Source of the DNA: Candidatus Poseidoniales archaeon
Lineage (GTDB): Archaea; Thermoplasmatota; Poseidoniia; Poseidoniales; Poseidoniaceae
Assembly: GCA_019651595.1 (NCBI GenBank)
Contig: BOYQ01000003.1
Location: forward strand, 222,423-286,422
DNA: 64,000 bases
Direction of reading: 5' to 3'
Shown here: positions 9,953 to 21,674 of the stretch, piece after piece
Numbering within the stretch: the first letter of the stretch is position 1
How the letters are laid out: each line of letters opens with the position of its first letter
Notes under the pieces: model-generated
The model's database searches: none
The model's input: the letters and a program-made list of their open reading frames with translations, nothing else
Told to the model about the DNA's origin: nothing
Position numbers and translations under genes: made by a program

Positions 9953-10963
9953 TCACTTCATGACCGATTGGATGCGTTCAAGCCACGGTTCAGCCCAATC
10001 CTCTCCAGAGGCGAGAAGCCGGCGCGCCAAGAAGAAGGCGGATTGGACGTCGCCCTGGCTGAGAAGGGTTTCGAGTCGTAATTCATCGGGCCGCTGCTCG
10101 GGTTCTAGCGTATCTTCTTCTGCGCTCAATGGAGCAGGTTCCGGGGTTGAAATTCGAGCCGTAAGGGCTCGCATGCCTTCCAAAAACGCCTCTCGGTGTT
10201 CAACGCTTGGCCCCGACCAGGGTTGCCGTTCCTTGCCGTCCATGCCTCCTTTGAGACGGTCCAAAAACCGGTCTCGCTCGTTCAGGTGGGGTCGGAGTTG
10301 TTGGACTTGGTCGTAGCACGACCACGCCTCATCCACTTCCTCCCTTCGTTCATGCAATCGCCCCATCTCAAGCCAAAGCTCGTGGTTGATGGGTCGATGT
10401 GCTAACAGGTGTCGCGCCAGCTCGATGAACACCTGTTCGTGTCCGGACGTGCGGATGCGTTCCAACCGTCGACCGAAAACGATGTTCGCTCGCTGATCAC
10501 GAAAATCGAGACGACGACATCGCTCAGCGAACTCATCAAGACCCTGTTCGACCCCCTCCGATTCCAGTTGTTTCCACCAAGTATCAGGGTCGAGCGGGTC
10601 CCTGGCAAAGGCGGCTTCCAGGAGTTCTCCCCCCCTAATTTTGGAGGTAACCAATGCCCTTCAACGGGATCAAGATTCTCAGCATCCCTGCCAAGGACGA
10701 TGAACCGCCTTCCAGCACGGCGTGGGGGCCCTTCACCTCCTCGTTGGCCACCTTAAGTTCCGCCAGGCACCCCAAATTTCGCTCATCGGTGAAATCATGC
10801 AAGATTTAAAACCCGGGCGTTCTTTGGGCCCCAACCCCAATTTTTTCCTTCCCAGCAGGATCTGCTTTTGGCGAGATTCGCAAATTTTTGTGCGGTTTAC
10901 CGGTAAGGTTTTCCCCAAATTCCTCCCAGGATGTTGCAGGGGGGGTCTTGGGCTGTTGCTCAT
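9953..10963 (-). CDS. TPR-containing hypothetical protein (5' part garbled)
   Basis: ELWLEMGRLHERREEVDEAWSCYDQVQQLRP TPR; ATG at 10963 just after the UbiD stop. Confidence 0.65.
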
Positions 10964-10972
10964 CCTGCTCCC

Positions 10973-12249
10973 TCACTGCACGGACATGAATCCTTCTCGG
11001 TCAACGCCGTGGTCGATGGTTGCGCCCTAGCCAATCTTCGAGGGGCGTCCATCGTCGTAGCGAGATGGGTCCAAGGAACTGGTGGGGGCCCCAAGATGAC
11101 CCCTGTCCTTGTCGGGTTGCCAGCGAGTCATCATCGCCCACTCGGACGCCCCGGGTCGGTAATGTAAAAGTTTTGTCGACCAGGTTTTCGATTTTCATGC
11201 TCTTGTGGCCGTCAAAGGCCGCTTTTATGGTCGCATTTCCATCGTCAGGGGTTTACTTTTCGGATTTTTAAAAACGGCCCCCAACCATCCGCAGCCCCTT
11301 CGGTCATGGGGGGCGTCAAGGCATTCCACGACTTCGTTGGGGGCGGCCTTTATGGTGGGTGCTCGAGGAAAGGGCCCCTCAGGGTCTTGTGTTCGGCCTC
11401 CCCGGGAAACAGGGCGTGAAAAAAGGGGGGGGTTGCGGTGCATCAACCGTCGATTTCAATCACCGGGTTTTTGTCGAACGCCCTCCACCGTTCCCGGGTG
11501 TCCCCGTACGGGCCCCCCCCTCGTCGTCCTTTCCCGCGTGATTCCCTCCCCCCCAAACGTAAATTTTGCGTCAGCGGGCCCGGGGCGCCGTTGGGGGCTT
11601 CGGGCCAAGTTCAACGGTTTGCCGTACAACTTTTCGTGAAGCGCAGCGGCGATGGTCAATTCATCGATGTTTTCGTTGAACGACATCGCTGCGGGGAGCA
11701 GCACGACGGGGGCGGGGCGTTGACGATGGCCACGCTCACTTCCCGCCCCTCGTTTCGAGCGTTGGTCACCATGGTCCGCAGGTGTCGCGGGACAAGCCGA
11801 ACCACGAGGTGGTTTTCGTCCCGCAAAAACTGCCGATGGAAGGAAACATTTCGGATACCGCTGTCCTGAGCGATGATGATGCTGGCCGAAGAATACCGCC
11901 CACGGTCTTGGGGCCAGTGGTGGGGGATGGGAATGGTTCGGAGGTCGACCGTCTCGGGGACGTTTTCGAAGCAGACAGCCTCCTCTGCAGACACCAACTT
12001 GGGCTCGCTCGGGTTGTTCATGGCCCATCCTAGCGTGTCGATGTATTCCTCGGGCTCAATGCCGATGGCTGCGCACAAACGATCCCGTGTCAACATGTTG
12101 ACGGCGGCACGATGGCCGGGGCATTCGGCTATGTTGTCGTAGACGGTCATGGTATGACCGTTGGCTCGTGAATGTTCGAGCAACCCGTGAATCAGGCTGA
12201 CTTCGGACGATTCCACGGTGGCTGCGCCGAGGTGGTCACGGAAGGCCAT
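10973..12249 (-). CDS. ubiD: UbiD family (de)carboxylase (middle and 3' part garbled)
   Basis: DLRTIPIPHHWPQDRGRY, RNVSFHRQ, RLVPRHL; C-term SSLDPS..SKIG..AT ending TGA at 10973. Confidence 0.88.
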
Positions 12250-12409
12250 GCACCACCCAGTCGGGGGCGTTGTTTGAATGTTGTTCATGGTTGAAAGAGA
12301 CGGTTGGTTTCCGCACGGAAATCAAACGACGCCGCCCATGGTTGGCCCGGTCAAAGGGATTTGATTAAATAGGGGCGGCAAGTCGGCGAAATGCTTCAAT
12401 GAGGTGACC

Positions 12410-12837
12410 ATGATGGGCAGAGGACTCTTCGCAGGTGCAAAGATGGCCAAAGACCGACAGAAATTCCGTTGGTCCGACCGCCGATACAAGAAGCGCATGC
12501 TCAAGTCCCGAGCCAAGCACGACCGCTTGCAGGGTCCACCAGGCCAAGGGCATTGTCGTTGAAAAGGTCGGTATTGAGGCCAAGCAACCCAACTCCGGCA
12601 TTCGAAAAGCCGTCAAGATCTCCTCATCAAGAACGGAACAAATTGACCGCCTTCGCCCCCGGCGACGGTGCCATCAACTTCATCGACGAACACGATGAGG
12701 TCATGGTGGAAGGTATCGGCGGCCGCATGGGTCGTTCGTACGGTGATATTCCCGGCGTCCGATACAAGGTGATTCAAGTGAACGGCGTCTCGCTCGACGA
12801 GATGGTCCGTGGCCGAAAGGAGAAGCCCGTCCGCTGA
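12410..12837 (+). CDS. rps12: Ribosomal protein S12 (uS12), indels
   Basis: [50 protein letters not shown] across frames. Confidence 0.96.
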
Positions 12838-12844
12838 GGTGTTG

Positions 12845-13459
12845 ATGATGAGCGATGCAGAACCCGATGTTGTTGAAGTCAAGCCCATCGCCGGTATCGG
12901 CACCAAGGTGTTCGGTAAGTGGGACGCCTCTGAAGTGACGTGCCGAGACCCTGGTCTTGCTCCGTACATCAACCTCACCACCGTCGGCGTGCCTCACACC
13001 GGTGGCCGCCACGCCAACGCATGGTTCGGGAAAGCCAAGCTCTCAGTGGTTGAGCGCTACATCAACAAACTCATGCGCACGGGTGCTTACACCGGTAAGA
13101 AAATGGGCGCCATGAAAGCCTTTGAAGGCGCCCTTGACCAAATCTTTGAACGCTCCGGAACCAACCCTCTGCAGGTCTTCGTTGACGCCATCTGCTCGGC
13201 AGCCCCAATGGAAGAGATCACTCGAATCAAGTTCGGGGCCGTCTCTCAACCCAAGGCTGTTGACTCTTCGCCGTCCCGCCGCCTTGATCTCGCTCTCGCC
13301 AACCTGGCCAAGGGTGCCCAGCAAGGCACGCACAAGTCGAAGCGAACGCTCCAAAACTGCATCATCAACGAATTGATGAAGGCCAGCGAGGGCGACGTGA
13401 CCTCGTACGCTGTTGGCAAGAAGGAAGAACTTGAGCGCATCGCTGCTTCTGCACGCTGA
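12845..13459 (+). CDS. rps7: Ribosomal protein S7 (uS7)
   Basis: KVFGKW, PHTGGRH, NPLQVFVDAI, AVDSSPSRRLD, KKEELERIAASAR. Confidence 0.97.
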   Translation: MMSDAEPDVVEVKPIAGIGTKVFGKWDASEVTCRDPGLAPYINLTTVGVPHTGGRHANAWFGKAKLSVVERYINKLMRTGAYTGKKMGAMKAFEGALDQIFERSGTNPLQVFVDAICSAAPMEEITRIKFGAVSQPKAVDSSPSRRLDLALANLAKGAQQGTHKSKRTLQNCIINELMKASEGDVTSYAVGKKEELERIAASAR

Positions 13460-13522
13460 TTCGAAGCCCAACTGATGTTTTGGCGGGCGCAACGTTCATG
13501 TTGCTTCTGTTGAAGTTTGAGC

Positions 13523-13907
13523 ATGACCAAGAACGTGTTCATCAAGTTTGTATCCGACCCCGCCCACGACCGAATCAAGTCCATTGTTGGCCTGGCTTGT
13601 GCCTCACAAGCGGTCAACGACGGCCATGACGTCAGTGTTTTTCGCAGCGGCGGGCACTCGACTGCTTGATCCTGGATTTCTGAGCGCTCTCGAGAGCGAC
13701 GTGGGTCCTGATTCCACGATGGTTCACGGGTTCATGGACAACTTGCTGGCGGGAGCGGACCTCCACTGCTCGTTTGCTTCTGTGAAAACAACCCTCGGCC
13801 AGCCGAGGAGACAGTGCCTGTGCGTTCCTGACGACAAGATAGCATGGAGTGGACCCCCGGGTGTTCTTGCCCTTGCCACGGCGTCTGACGTGCAACTCGT
13901 GTATTGA
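13523..13907 (+). CDS. DsrE-family protein (one indel)
   Basis: MTKNVFIKF..VGLACASQAVNDGHDVSVFFAAAGTRLL..LHCSFASV, the DsrE/F alpha-beta pattern. Confidence 0.7.
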
Positions 13908-13979
13908 TTCACGCCATGCCTGCGAGGCACTTAAGAACCCCTTTTCAGTGGGCGATTCAACCAGAACACGGTGGTGACC

Positions 13980-16183
13980 ATGGGACGCAAAGAAGACAAC
14001 ATCAAGAAGGCCACGGAAGTCATGCACGTTCTTCCTCAAATCAGGAACTTGTGCATCGCTGCTCACATCGACCACGGCAAAACCACGCTTTCAGACAACC
14101 TGATCGCCGGTGCTGGAATGATGTCCAACGAACTCGCAGGTGCTGCACGCGTTCTGGACTTCGACGAGCAAGAATCGGCCCGTGGCATCACCATCAACGC
14201 CGCTTCGGCCTCGATGGTGCACGCCGTTGAAGGCACGGACTTCCTCATCAACCTCATCGATACGCCCGGCCACGTCGACTTCGGTGGCGACGTTACTCGT
14301 GCCATGCGTGCCGTTGACGGTTGCTTCATTCTCGCTTGCGCTGTTGAAGGCCCCATGCCTCAGACCGAAACGGTCGTTCGCCAAGCCCTGAAAGAGAAGG
14401 TCAAGCCTGTTCTTTTCATCAACAAGGTCGACCGACTGATCAACGAACTTCAGGTCACCCCCGAAGACATGATGGCGCGCTTTACCGAGACCATCAAGAA
14501 GGTCAACAAGCTGATCAAGCAGTTCGCTCCTGAAAACAAAAAGAAGTCCTGGCAGGTTTCCGTCCAGGACGGTACGGTGGCCTTCGGTTCCGCATACCAC
14601 AACTGGGGCATCACCGTGCCCTACATGCAGAAGTCCGGCATCTCGTTCAAGGAGATTTTCGAGTACTGCAACAACGAGGATCAGAAGACCCTCGCTCAGA
14701 AGGCTCCCGTCCACGAGGTTCTGCTCGACATGGCGGTCGCTGAATTTCCCAGTCCCGTTCAGGCCCAGGAGTACCGTATCCCCAACATCTGGAACGGCGA
14801 CGCGGACTCCGCCATCGGCAAGGCCATGGTCGCGTGCGACCCCGAGGCCGAACTCGCCATGATGATCACCAAGATTTGGATGGACCCACACGCCGGCGAA
14901 GTGGCCGTTGGCCGCATTTACTCCGGTGCCATCAACCAAGGTGAATCCGTCTACGCCATCGGCGCTGCGAAGCCCGAGCGCGTGCAGCAGGTCGCCATGA
15001 TGGTCGGTGCAGACCGCATCACGGTCCCCAAGGTCGTCGCCGGCAACATCGCCGCCATCACGGGCATCAAGTCCGCCGCAGCCGGTGTGACCCTGTCCCG
15101 CGACAAGGATTTCACCCCCTTCGAAGCCATCCGTCACTACTCCGACCCTGTGGTCACCGTGGCCGTTGAGCCGAAGTCCATGAAGGACCTGCCCAAGTTC
15201 ATCGACGCCCTGCGCTCGCTGGCCAAGGCCGACGCTTCACTTCAGGTACCACCAACCAAGAGACCGGTGAGGGACTGCTCGCCGGTATGGGTGAACTCCA
15301 CCTCGAAATCACCGTTTACCGCATCGAGGAAGAACAGAACATCAAGGTCAAGGTGAGTCCACCCATTGTTGTCTACCGAGAAGGCATTCAGGGCTCGAAC
15401 CGGGCAACTCCCTTGAGGGCAAGTCCCCAACCGCCACAACCGATTCATGTTTGAGATCGAAGCGCTCCCTGCAGAAGTCGTGGCTGCCTTCGAGCAGGCG
15501 AACTCGGCGACGGCCCGGTTCGTAGCAGCGATGCCAAGGAAGTCGGCAACAAGTTCGGCGAATACGGCATGGACAAGGACACGATGCGCAAAATCTACGC
15601 CATCAACGGCACGAACGTGCTCGTGAACGACACCAAGGGTATTCAGAACCTTCACGAAACCCGTGAACTCATCATTGAGGCCTTTAACGAAGTGTGTGTC
15701 AAGGGACCCATTGCTGACGAACCCGTTCAGGGAATGTACGTGCGACTCGTTGACGCCAAGCTCCACGAAGACGCCATTCACCGTGGCCCTGCTCAGACCA
15801 TCCCTGCCGTGCGAAACGGCATCAAGGGTGCCATGATGCGAGCCAAGACGGTCCTCCTCGAGCCCATGCAGAAAGCCTTCATCTCGGTGCCCAACGACTG
15901 GTTGGGACAAGTGACTCGTGAAGTCACCACCCGCCGAGGTATCATTGAAGACATGCCTTCGGAAGGCGCCGTCACCACCGTTGTTGGTGTCATCCCTATC
16001 GCAGAGACCTTCGGATTCTCAAACGACATCCGTGCTGCATCGCAGGGACGAGCCGTGTGGAACACGGAGAACCTTGGCTTCGAGATTCTCCCACCCCAAC
16101 TCTTTGACAAGGTCGTCGGGGAAATCCGTCAGCGCAAGGGCCTGAAGCCCGAGCCCAACCCCGAATCGTACTACGCCGATTGA
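13980..16183 (+). CDS. fusA: Elongation factor 2 (indels ~15245-15530)
   Basis: AHIDHGKTT, RGITI, DTPGHVDF, NKVD, diphthamide loop HEDAIHRGPAQ. Confidence 0.98.
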
Positions 16184-16192
16184 GGTTGACCC

Positions 16193-16684
16193 ATGCACGG
16201 GAGTCGTTCTTGGGCTCCACGTGAACCCCGAGGGGGGTGTTCCGAAGCACCCAGTTGATACACGCTGGAGGTTGGACGAAACGGGTGTGTCGGTGACAAA
16301 CAGAACGACCGCAAGCACCACGGTGGACCGCAGAAAGCCGTCTGTTTGCTTGAGCAACACGTTCTTGAGCACCTGCAGGCCGAAGGCCATCCCATCGCTC
16401 CCGGCACGACCGGTGAAAACATCCTTGTGGATGGCACTTCACCGGGCCAATTCATCGTTGGCGCCCGTTTGAGCATCGGTGAGGTTGAGTTAACCATCAC
16501 CGGGGATGCACCCCCGTGCAAGACGATTCGTGCCTCGTTTGCTGAAGGAACCTTCAACGAATTGAGTCATCGGAAGACCCCGGGACAAACGCGCTGGTAC
16601 GCCAGAGTGGAACAGACGGGCACCGTGCGAATGGGCGATGCACTTGTGTTCCTCAGTGAAGCCGAGCCAACTGGAAGTCCGTGA
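16193..16684 (+). CDS. MOSC-domain (YiiM-like) protein (indels)
   Basis: GGVPKHPV, GDKQNDRKHHGGPQKAVCL, PGTTGENILV, APPCKTI, WYARV. Confidence 0.85.
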
Positions 16685-18403
16685 GTTCCCTGAGGGCACG
16701 CAAGGCGGGGTTCTCACCGAGTGCATCCAAGCAGCCGTGGGCCTCTTGATGGAAGTCCTCAGCCATGCTTTTGGCGTAATCCACCGAACCGAGTTCAGCC
16801 AGGGCGGCCAAACCGTCAGCGAGCGATTCAGGGTCAACGGTCTCACCCTTGCCCAACACGGCCAACAGGCGATCTTTCACGGGACCGTCGGGCTGACGAA
16901 GGGCATGGATGATCATGAGGGTCCGCTTTCCTTGAGCGATGTCAGACCCCGCTGGTTTCCCCAAGGTTTCCGAATCGGAGAGAACATCGATGACGTCGTC
17001 CATCAGTTGGAAACACATCCCGAGGGCCTTGCCCCAAGACGCCATGCATTCAACGGTGGCTTCATCTGCTCCGGAAATTCTCGCACCAATTTCCGCACAT
17101 ATCCAAAACATGACGGCGGTTTTCCCCTCAATCATCTCAAGGTAATCCGCTTCTGAAACCTCAAGACGGTCTTCGAATTCAATGTCGAGTTGTTGCCCCT
17201 CGCTCACCCTTCGCACCATCCATGCGATACGGTTCACCAGGGGTGCTACGTCCGTCGGTTCGAGGTTTTCCGCTTGGACCAGGCGCTCAAAGGCGATGGC
17301 CAGCATCGCATCCCCTGCGTTGATGGCGGTCGGCATGCCGTATTCGATGTGGACGGCGTTGCGCCCTCTTCGCAGTTCATCGTCATCCATGATGTCGTCG
17401 TGAACCAAGGTAAAATTGTGAACGGTCTCGATGGCAGCACCGATGTCAAGAAGGCCGGCGTGCGTGTCGCCCACGGCCTTGCCGACCAACCACGGGAGGG
17501 TGGCTCGCATGCGCTTTCCGCCACCTTCGATGAGGTGCATCATGGCATGACCGAGGCGCTCATGACGTGAGGCACGAAGGCTGGATTCGATGCGTGATTC
17601 GATGAGCGGCTTGACTTCCATGATGGAGGTTAACAAGTCTGCACCTTCTGCACCCGGTAGCATGTTGGTGACGTCGCCCATGTCGTGAATTTGCTCATCC
17701 GCAAGTTCTGCAAGTGCTTGTTGGTCGTTAAACGACGCCCACCATGTGGGTTGCATGATGCGAGCAGCGATGCAGCGAAACCATGGGGCAATGGCCTGTT
17801 CTGGCGGTCGCTCTTCGATGAGCATGGCCTCCATTTCGTCGTGGTTGACCCACATGATGTTGGCCACTTCGTTGGGGTTGGGGTTGATTTCGACGTCAGC
17901 ACACATCACCAAGATGTGATCCACTTCCCGTTCTATCCATTCATGGTTCATTCGCGCAGCATAGCGCATCTTCGTCATGAACACCATGTCGTCGGTGGAG
18001 ACGGTCGATGGGTCAATCCCGAGTTCTTGCTCCAGCTTCCGGACGGCCGCACGCTTGACGCCCATGGCATTCTCTGTTTCCATCTCTTCCTGACTGTGCA
18101 AGGGGTGAGAGCAACAAGCGTTGGCCCACACGTTGGGGAACGTCACTTTGTCAGCGGAACGCTGCTGCAACAACATCTCTCCTTCGAATTGAACAAAAGG
18201 ACACTGAAGGCTCGATGGTAATGGCCGGCGCCTTGATGGGTTTCCAATTTCGACATCGGTCCAATGACCGTGTCGTCCTCGGCCACACAAATGACGGCCT
18301 CGGCCATGAGCGTCGCTTGCTCAGCATCGGAGGATTGCAGGGCGTTCATGTCGTCCTGATTGAGTTCGACATGAGGGACGTCATCAATTCCATACCCTGA
18401 CAT
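16653..18403 (-). CDS. idi-idsA: Type-1 IPP isomerase fused to geranylgeranyl diphosphate synthase (indel ~18195)
   Basis: HRAFSVLLF, LLQQRS..KVTFP..WANACCSHP, EREVDHIL (IDI1) in frame with GGKRMR, LVHDDIMDDDELRRG, GQQLD, KTA, FQLMDD. Confidence 0.93.
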
Positions 18404-18457
18404 GTGTTCACCGGCTTATTGCAGTCGCGGAGGCTACATGAAGAGTTCTCTGTGCCA

Positions 18458-19270
18458 TCAAGGCGACAAAACCGTGCCTCGGACGTCCAAACCAAGGCAG
18501 GCGTCTCTCACGTTTCCGTCGTGCTCTCCGCTCACGAGGTGGACCTCAACACCGCTTTCAGCCGCCTGGAAACCTCGGGCCACTTTCAGCCCGATCCCGC
18601 CGGTCACATCCATGGCCTCGTGGTGCGTCCCGTCGAAGACATCGCTTCGTTGGAGGACGGGCATCAAGAGCTGCTCGTCGTTGACGCCCGTCGGTGGCGA
18701 GGAAAGCACGCCCTCAACGCCACCCATGGCAAACACCAAGCGTTTGACATTGGGCAGTTCGGTCGCCAGACGAAGAACCAAATCATCACCTGAGAGAATG
18801 CCAAAGTCAGCCGGACCATCGCACTCAACGACATCACCGTGGGTCACCATCACGATCCCGCGGGGCGCTGCTGCAAACATCTCGACGCTCCCCTCAAAGG
18901 TCGGCCCGGTGTTTTTGGCCCACTGATGCGGATGGAGAACGACCGCAGAGATGTCGTACTTCGTAAGGGCGTCCAGGACATGCTGGTTCAGTTCGATCAT
19001 GTCTTTTCTCACCGCCACGACCGCCTCATCTTGGGTCATCTCCTCGGGAACCTCGCCATCTGGAAGGCGCCCCTCTGCCAGCCGGTACGCCTTGGCCTTG
19101 AGGTGTCCAAAGGAACCCGCCCCGTGGACCAACACGACGTCAAGTCCGGCTGTGATGCAACTTTCGAGCTGATCGGCGAGGTGGTCCAACACGTCGGTTC
19201 GGACGGTTTTCATCCGGTCTTTCTGGGTGATGAGGCCGCCGCCCCATTTGATGACGACCCGCTCACGCAT
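18458..19270 (-). CDS. ipk: Isopentenyl phosphate kinase
   Basis: IKWGGGLITQK, VHGAGSFGH, HGDVV, ILSGDD, DVTGGI..K. Confidence 0.93.
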   Translation of the reverse strand: MRERVVIKWGGGLITQKDRMKTVRTDVLDHLADQLESCITAGLDVVLVHGAGSFGHLKAKAYRLAEGRLPDGEVPEEMTQDEAVVAVRKDMIELNQHVLDALTKYDISAVVLHPHQWAKNTGPTFEGSVEMFAAAPRGIVMVTHGDVVECDGPADFGILSGDDLVLRLATELPNVKRLVFAMGGVEGVLSSPPTGVNDEQLLMPVLQRSDVFDGTHHEAMDVTGGIGLKVARGFQAAESGVEVHLVSGEHDGNVRDACLGLDVRGTVLSP

Positions 19271-19356
19271 GGACCGACCAAGGGCTGCCGAATCATGAGG
19301 CTACCGTCTGTTGACGATGGCAAGGTTTCATGAGGCACCGGCATTGTGTGGAGATC

Positions 19357-19692
19357 ATGGCCGAGGAACCAACGCTCGAGGCTTTCATGCGTCATTTGCA
19401 GGTGTGCGTCGAGGAAGCTCGAACCATCGCTGACCGTACTGAACGGGAGCAACGGTTGTGGCAACTCGAGGCGTCCCTGCAAGAGGCCATCATTTACAAA
19501 AACAGGGTGGAAGAACTCCAACGCCACGGCATCGACCCGATTCGACTGGTCGAAGCGGAGTCATCGCTCTCCCAACCGCCAGCGCCCAAAAAGGTGGAAG
19601 CCTTGCTCTCTGGTCATGATCACTGCAAAACATGCAAAGCCGTTCTTGAACCGGACTTACCTTTCTGTCCTGCTTGCGGAGCAGAGCAGTAA
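19357..19692 (+). CDS. Hypothetical helical-hairpin protein with C-terminal Zn ribbon
   Basis: CKTC...FCPACG; TATA-like TTCATGAG 22 nt upstream. Confidence 0.75.
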   Translation: MAEEPTLEAFMRHLQVCVEEARTIADRTEREQRLWQLEASLQEAIIYKNRVEELQRHGIDPIRLVEAESSLSQPPAPKKVEALLSGHDHCKTCKAVLEPDLPFCPACGAEQ

Positions 19693-19697
19693 GCGGC

Positions 19698-20387
19698 TCA
19701 CTCCTCTTCTTCGAGTTCCCACTGCTCGATGATTTCAAGGATCATCGGGTCGTCTTCATCGACCTTGTAGAGGTATTCACCGGGTACTTCATCGGTCAGG
19801 AAAACGGTGGTCCCGGCTCGGTAAATCGTGTGGCCGTCGGCGATGGCGCGGACCGTGTCAATTTCCAGAATCGTAGGGCGGTCAATCCGAACGTGTCCCG
19901 CCTCCATGGCGTTGTGGATGGATCTGGACAGGTGGACGTTCTTGCGGTCGCCGGCGGTCAGGCCAAATTCGAGCAGGCTTTCGAGTTCGTCAGCCTCGCA
20001 GGGGTAGTACAGGACCTCTGGGATATCATCGGTGGGAAGGTCAAGGTCCAACTCAATGGAGTGGCCGTAGGTTGCTCGAATCATGCCGTTTTCAATTTGG
20101 TAGCGGCCTTTTTCATCGGCGTTAGCAATGGCTTCGAAGTGCCATCCTCTCAACCAATGGTAGTGGCGTCGTTGGTTGCCGATGGCTTCTGAAAGTTCAC
20201 GCGTGTTAACCCAACCGTTGATGTCCATGTCCACGTTGAATTTCTCGGGGGCGTGGCGAAGGACGAGGGCGAGGATTCGACCAAGGGAGTTGGCTTCTCG
20301 GTCGCTCATGATGAATTTGCCTTCATCGTTGCAAACGGGGCAGTTGGTACCTGAGAAATGTCCGTGACTTCTGCATTGGCGTAGCAT
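19698..20387 (-). CDS. kptA: RNA 2'-phosphotransferase
   Basis: LRHAPEKF, DINGWV, KGRY, IRATYGHS, VHLS. Confidence 0.93.
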   Translation of the reverse strand: MLRQCRSHGHFSGTNCPVCNDEGKFIMSDREANSLGRILALVLRHAPEKFNVDMDINGWVNTRELSEAIGNQRRHYHWLRGWHFEAIANADEKGRYQIENGMIRATYGHSIELDLDLPTDDIPEVLYYPCEADELESLLEFGLTAGDRKNVHLSRSIHNAMEAGHVRIDRPTILEIDTVRAIADGHTIYRAGTTVFLTDEVPGEYLYKVDEDDPMILEIIEQWELEEEE

Positions 20388-20504
20388 GAAGTCCATGCGG
20401 GTGCGACCTGTTCAAGAACCCTACGGGAGATTGGGGCTCCGAATCTCTGGACCGCCTTCAGAATCGAGCGTGGGTATGAAATGCCTCGGCTTGCTCCCCG
20501 AATC

Positions 20505-21674
20505 ATGGTCGATGTCGCCGTTGTCGGTGCAGGGCAAACCAAGTACGGTAATCATGCGGCGGGTCTCAAAGGCATGTGGGCTGAAGCCGCCTCCAAGGCG
20601 TTTGCCAGCATTGATGGGGACTTCGAACCGTCGGCGATTGATGAAGCGTTCATTGGAAGCATTGCGTTTGGCGGAGCACAACTCGGCAACACCGCAGCCT
20701 TGCTCACGGAGCATTCGGCCATGGACGGCATCCCTGTGCGCCGGGTGGAAAACGCCTGTGCGTCCTCGGGCTTTGCTCTGCGTGATGCTTGGATGGCCAT
20801 CAAGAGCGGCCAGGCTGACATTGTTGTGGCCGGTGGTATCGAGAAAATGAACGATTTGACAGCTGAACGTAAGCGGTATTGGCTCGGGGTGTCGGGTGAT
20901 ACGGAGTGGGAACGACTGGCTGGTTTGACCTTCCCCGGCACGTACGCGTTGATGGCCCGTCGATATTTCCACGAGTTCGATGCCACCCACGATGACCTCG
21001 TTCACGTGAGCGTGAAGAACCACCTTCACGGGTCGATGAACCCCGTTGCTCACATCCAAAAAGAAGTGAGTTTTGAGAAAGCCGCCGGTGGCTTCATGGT
21101 CGCTGATCCGCTCACGCTCTACGACTGTTGCCCAACCTCCGATGGTGCTTCTTGCGTGGTCCTGGCGGCCGACCACGTCGCTCGAAAACTCACCGATGCT
21201 CCGGTCTGGGTCAGGGGCTCAGGAGCCGCCTCGGATCATTTGGCGCTGCATGACCGCCCGAGTATCACCCAACTCAAGGCCACCCAGATGGCCGCTTCCA
21301 AAGCCTACGGCATGGCCGGCCTCCATGCGCAGGACATCGACATGGCCGAGGTTCACGACTGTTTCACCATCGCTGAGGTTCTTGCAACGGAAGATCTTGG
21401 GTTTGCCGCCCGAGGTGAAGGTGGCCTGTTCGCTCGAAACGCTGAAGGACGCTTGAATGAAGGTCAGACGACCATCAATTCCAGCGGCGGTCTCAAGTCC
21501 AAAGGACACCCGCTCGGCGCCACCGGAACGGGGCAAGTGGTTGAGGTGTTCAAGCAACTCCGGGGCCAAGCCGGGACGAAGCGTCAGGTTCGTGATGCAG
21601 AAACGGCTCTCACCCACAACGTGGGTGGCTCCGGGGCCACGTGCGCCGTTCACGTCTTCGGGAGGGACCGCTGA
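20505..21674 (+). CDS. Thiolase (SCP2-type / archaeal acetyl-CoA acetyltransferase)
   Basis: VENACASSG, DCCPTSDGA, EVHDCF, GHPLGATG, HNVGG. Confidence 0.93.
   Translation: MVDVAVVGAGQTKYGNHAAGLKGMWAEAASKAFASIDGDFEPSAIDEAFIGSIAFGGAQLGNTAALLTEHSAMDGIPVRRVENACASSGFALRDAWMAIKSGQADIVVAGGIEKMNDLTAERKRYWLGVSGDTEWERLAGLTFPGTYALMARRYFHEFDATHDDLVHVSVKNHLHGSMNPVAHIQKEVSFEKAAGGFMVADPLTLYDCCPTSDGASCVVLAADHVARKLTDAPVWVRGSGAASDHLALHDRPSITQLKATQMAASKAYGMAGLHAQDIDMAEVHDCFTIAEVLATEDLGFAARGEGGLFARNAEGRLNEGQTTINSSGGLKSKGHPLGATGTGQVVEVFKQLRGQAGTKRQVRDAETALTHNVGGSGATCAVHVFGRDR

Noticed and set aside
11027-11029. In-frame TAG in UbiD C-terminus (possible pyrrolysine or readthrough)
   Set aside because: Lies in a garbled block; the next codon also deviates from the expected KxGxDAT motif; no pyl genes seen.
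10650-11750. Homopolymer-rich stretch as a foreign or low-complexity element
   Set aside because: Remnant UbiD and TPR motifs run through it at the expected spacing, so it is degraded consensus.
12410-16183. Programmed frameshifting or pseudogenes in rps12 and aEF-2
   Set aside because: Indels are numerous, scattered across unrelated essential genes and show no shared slippery motif; sequencing error is simpler.
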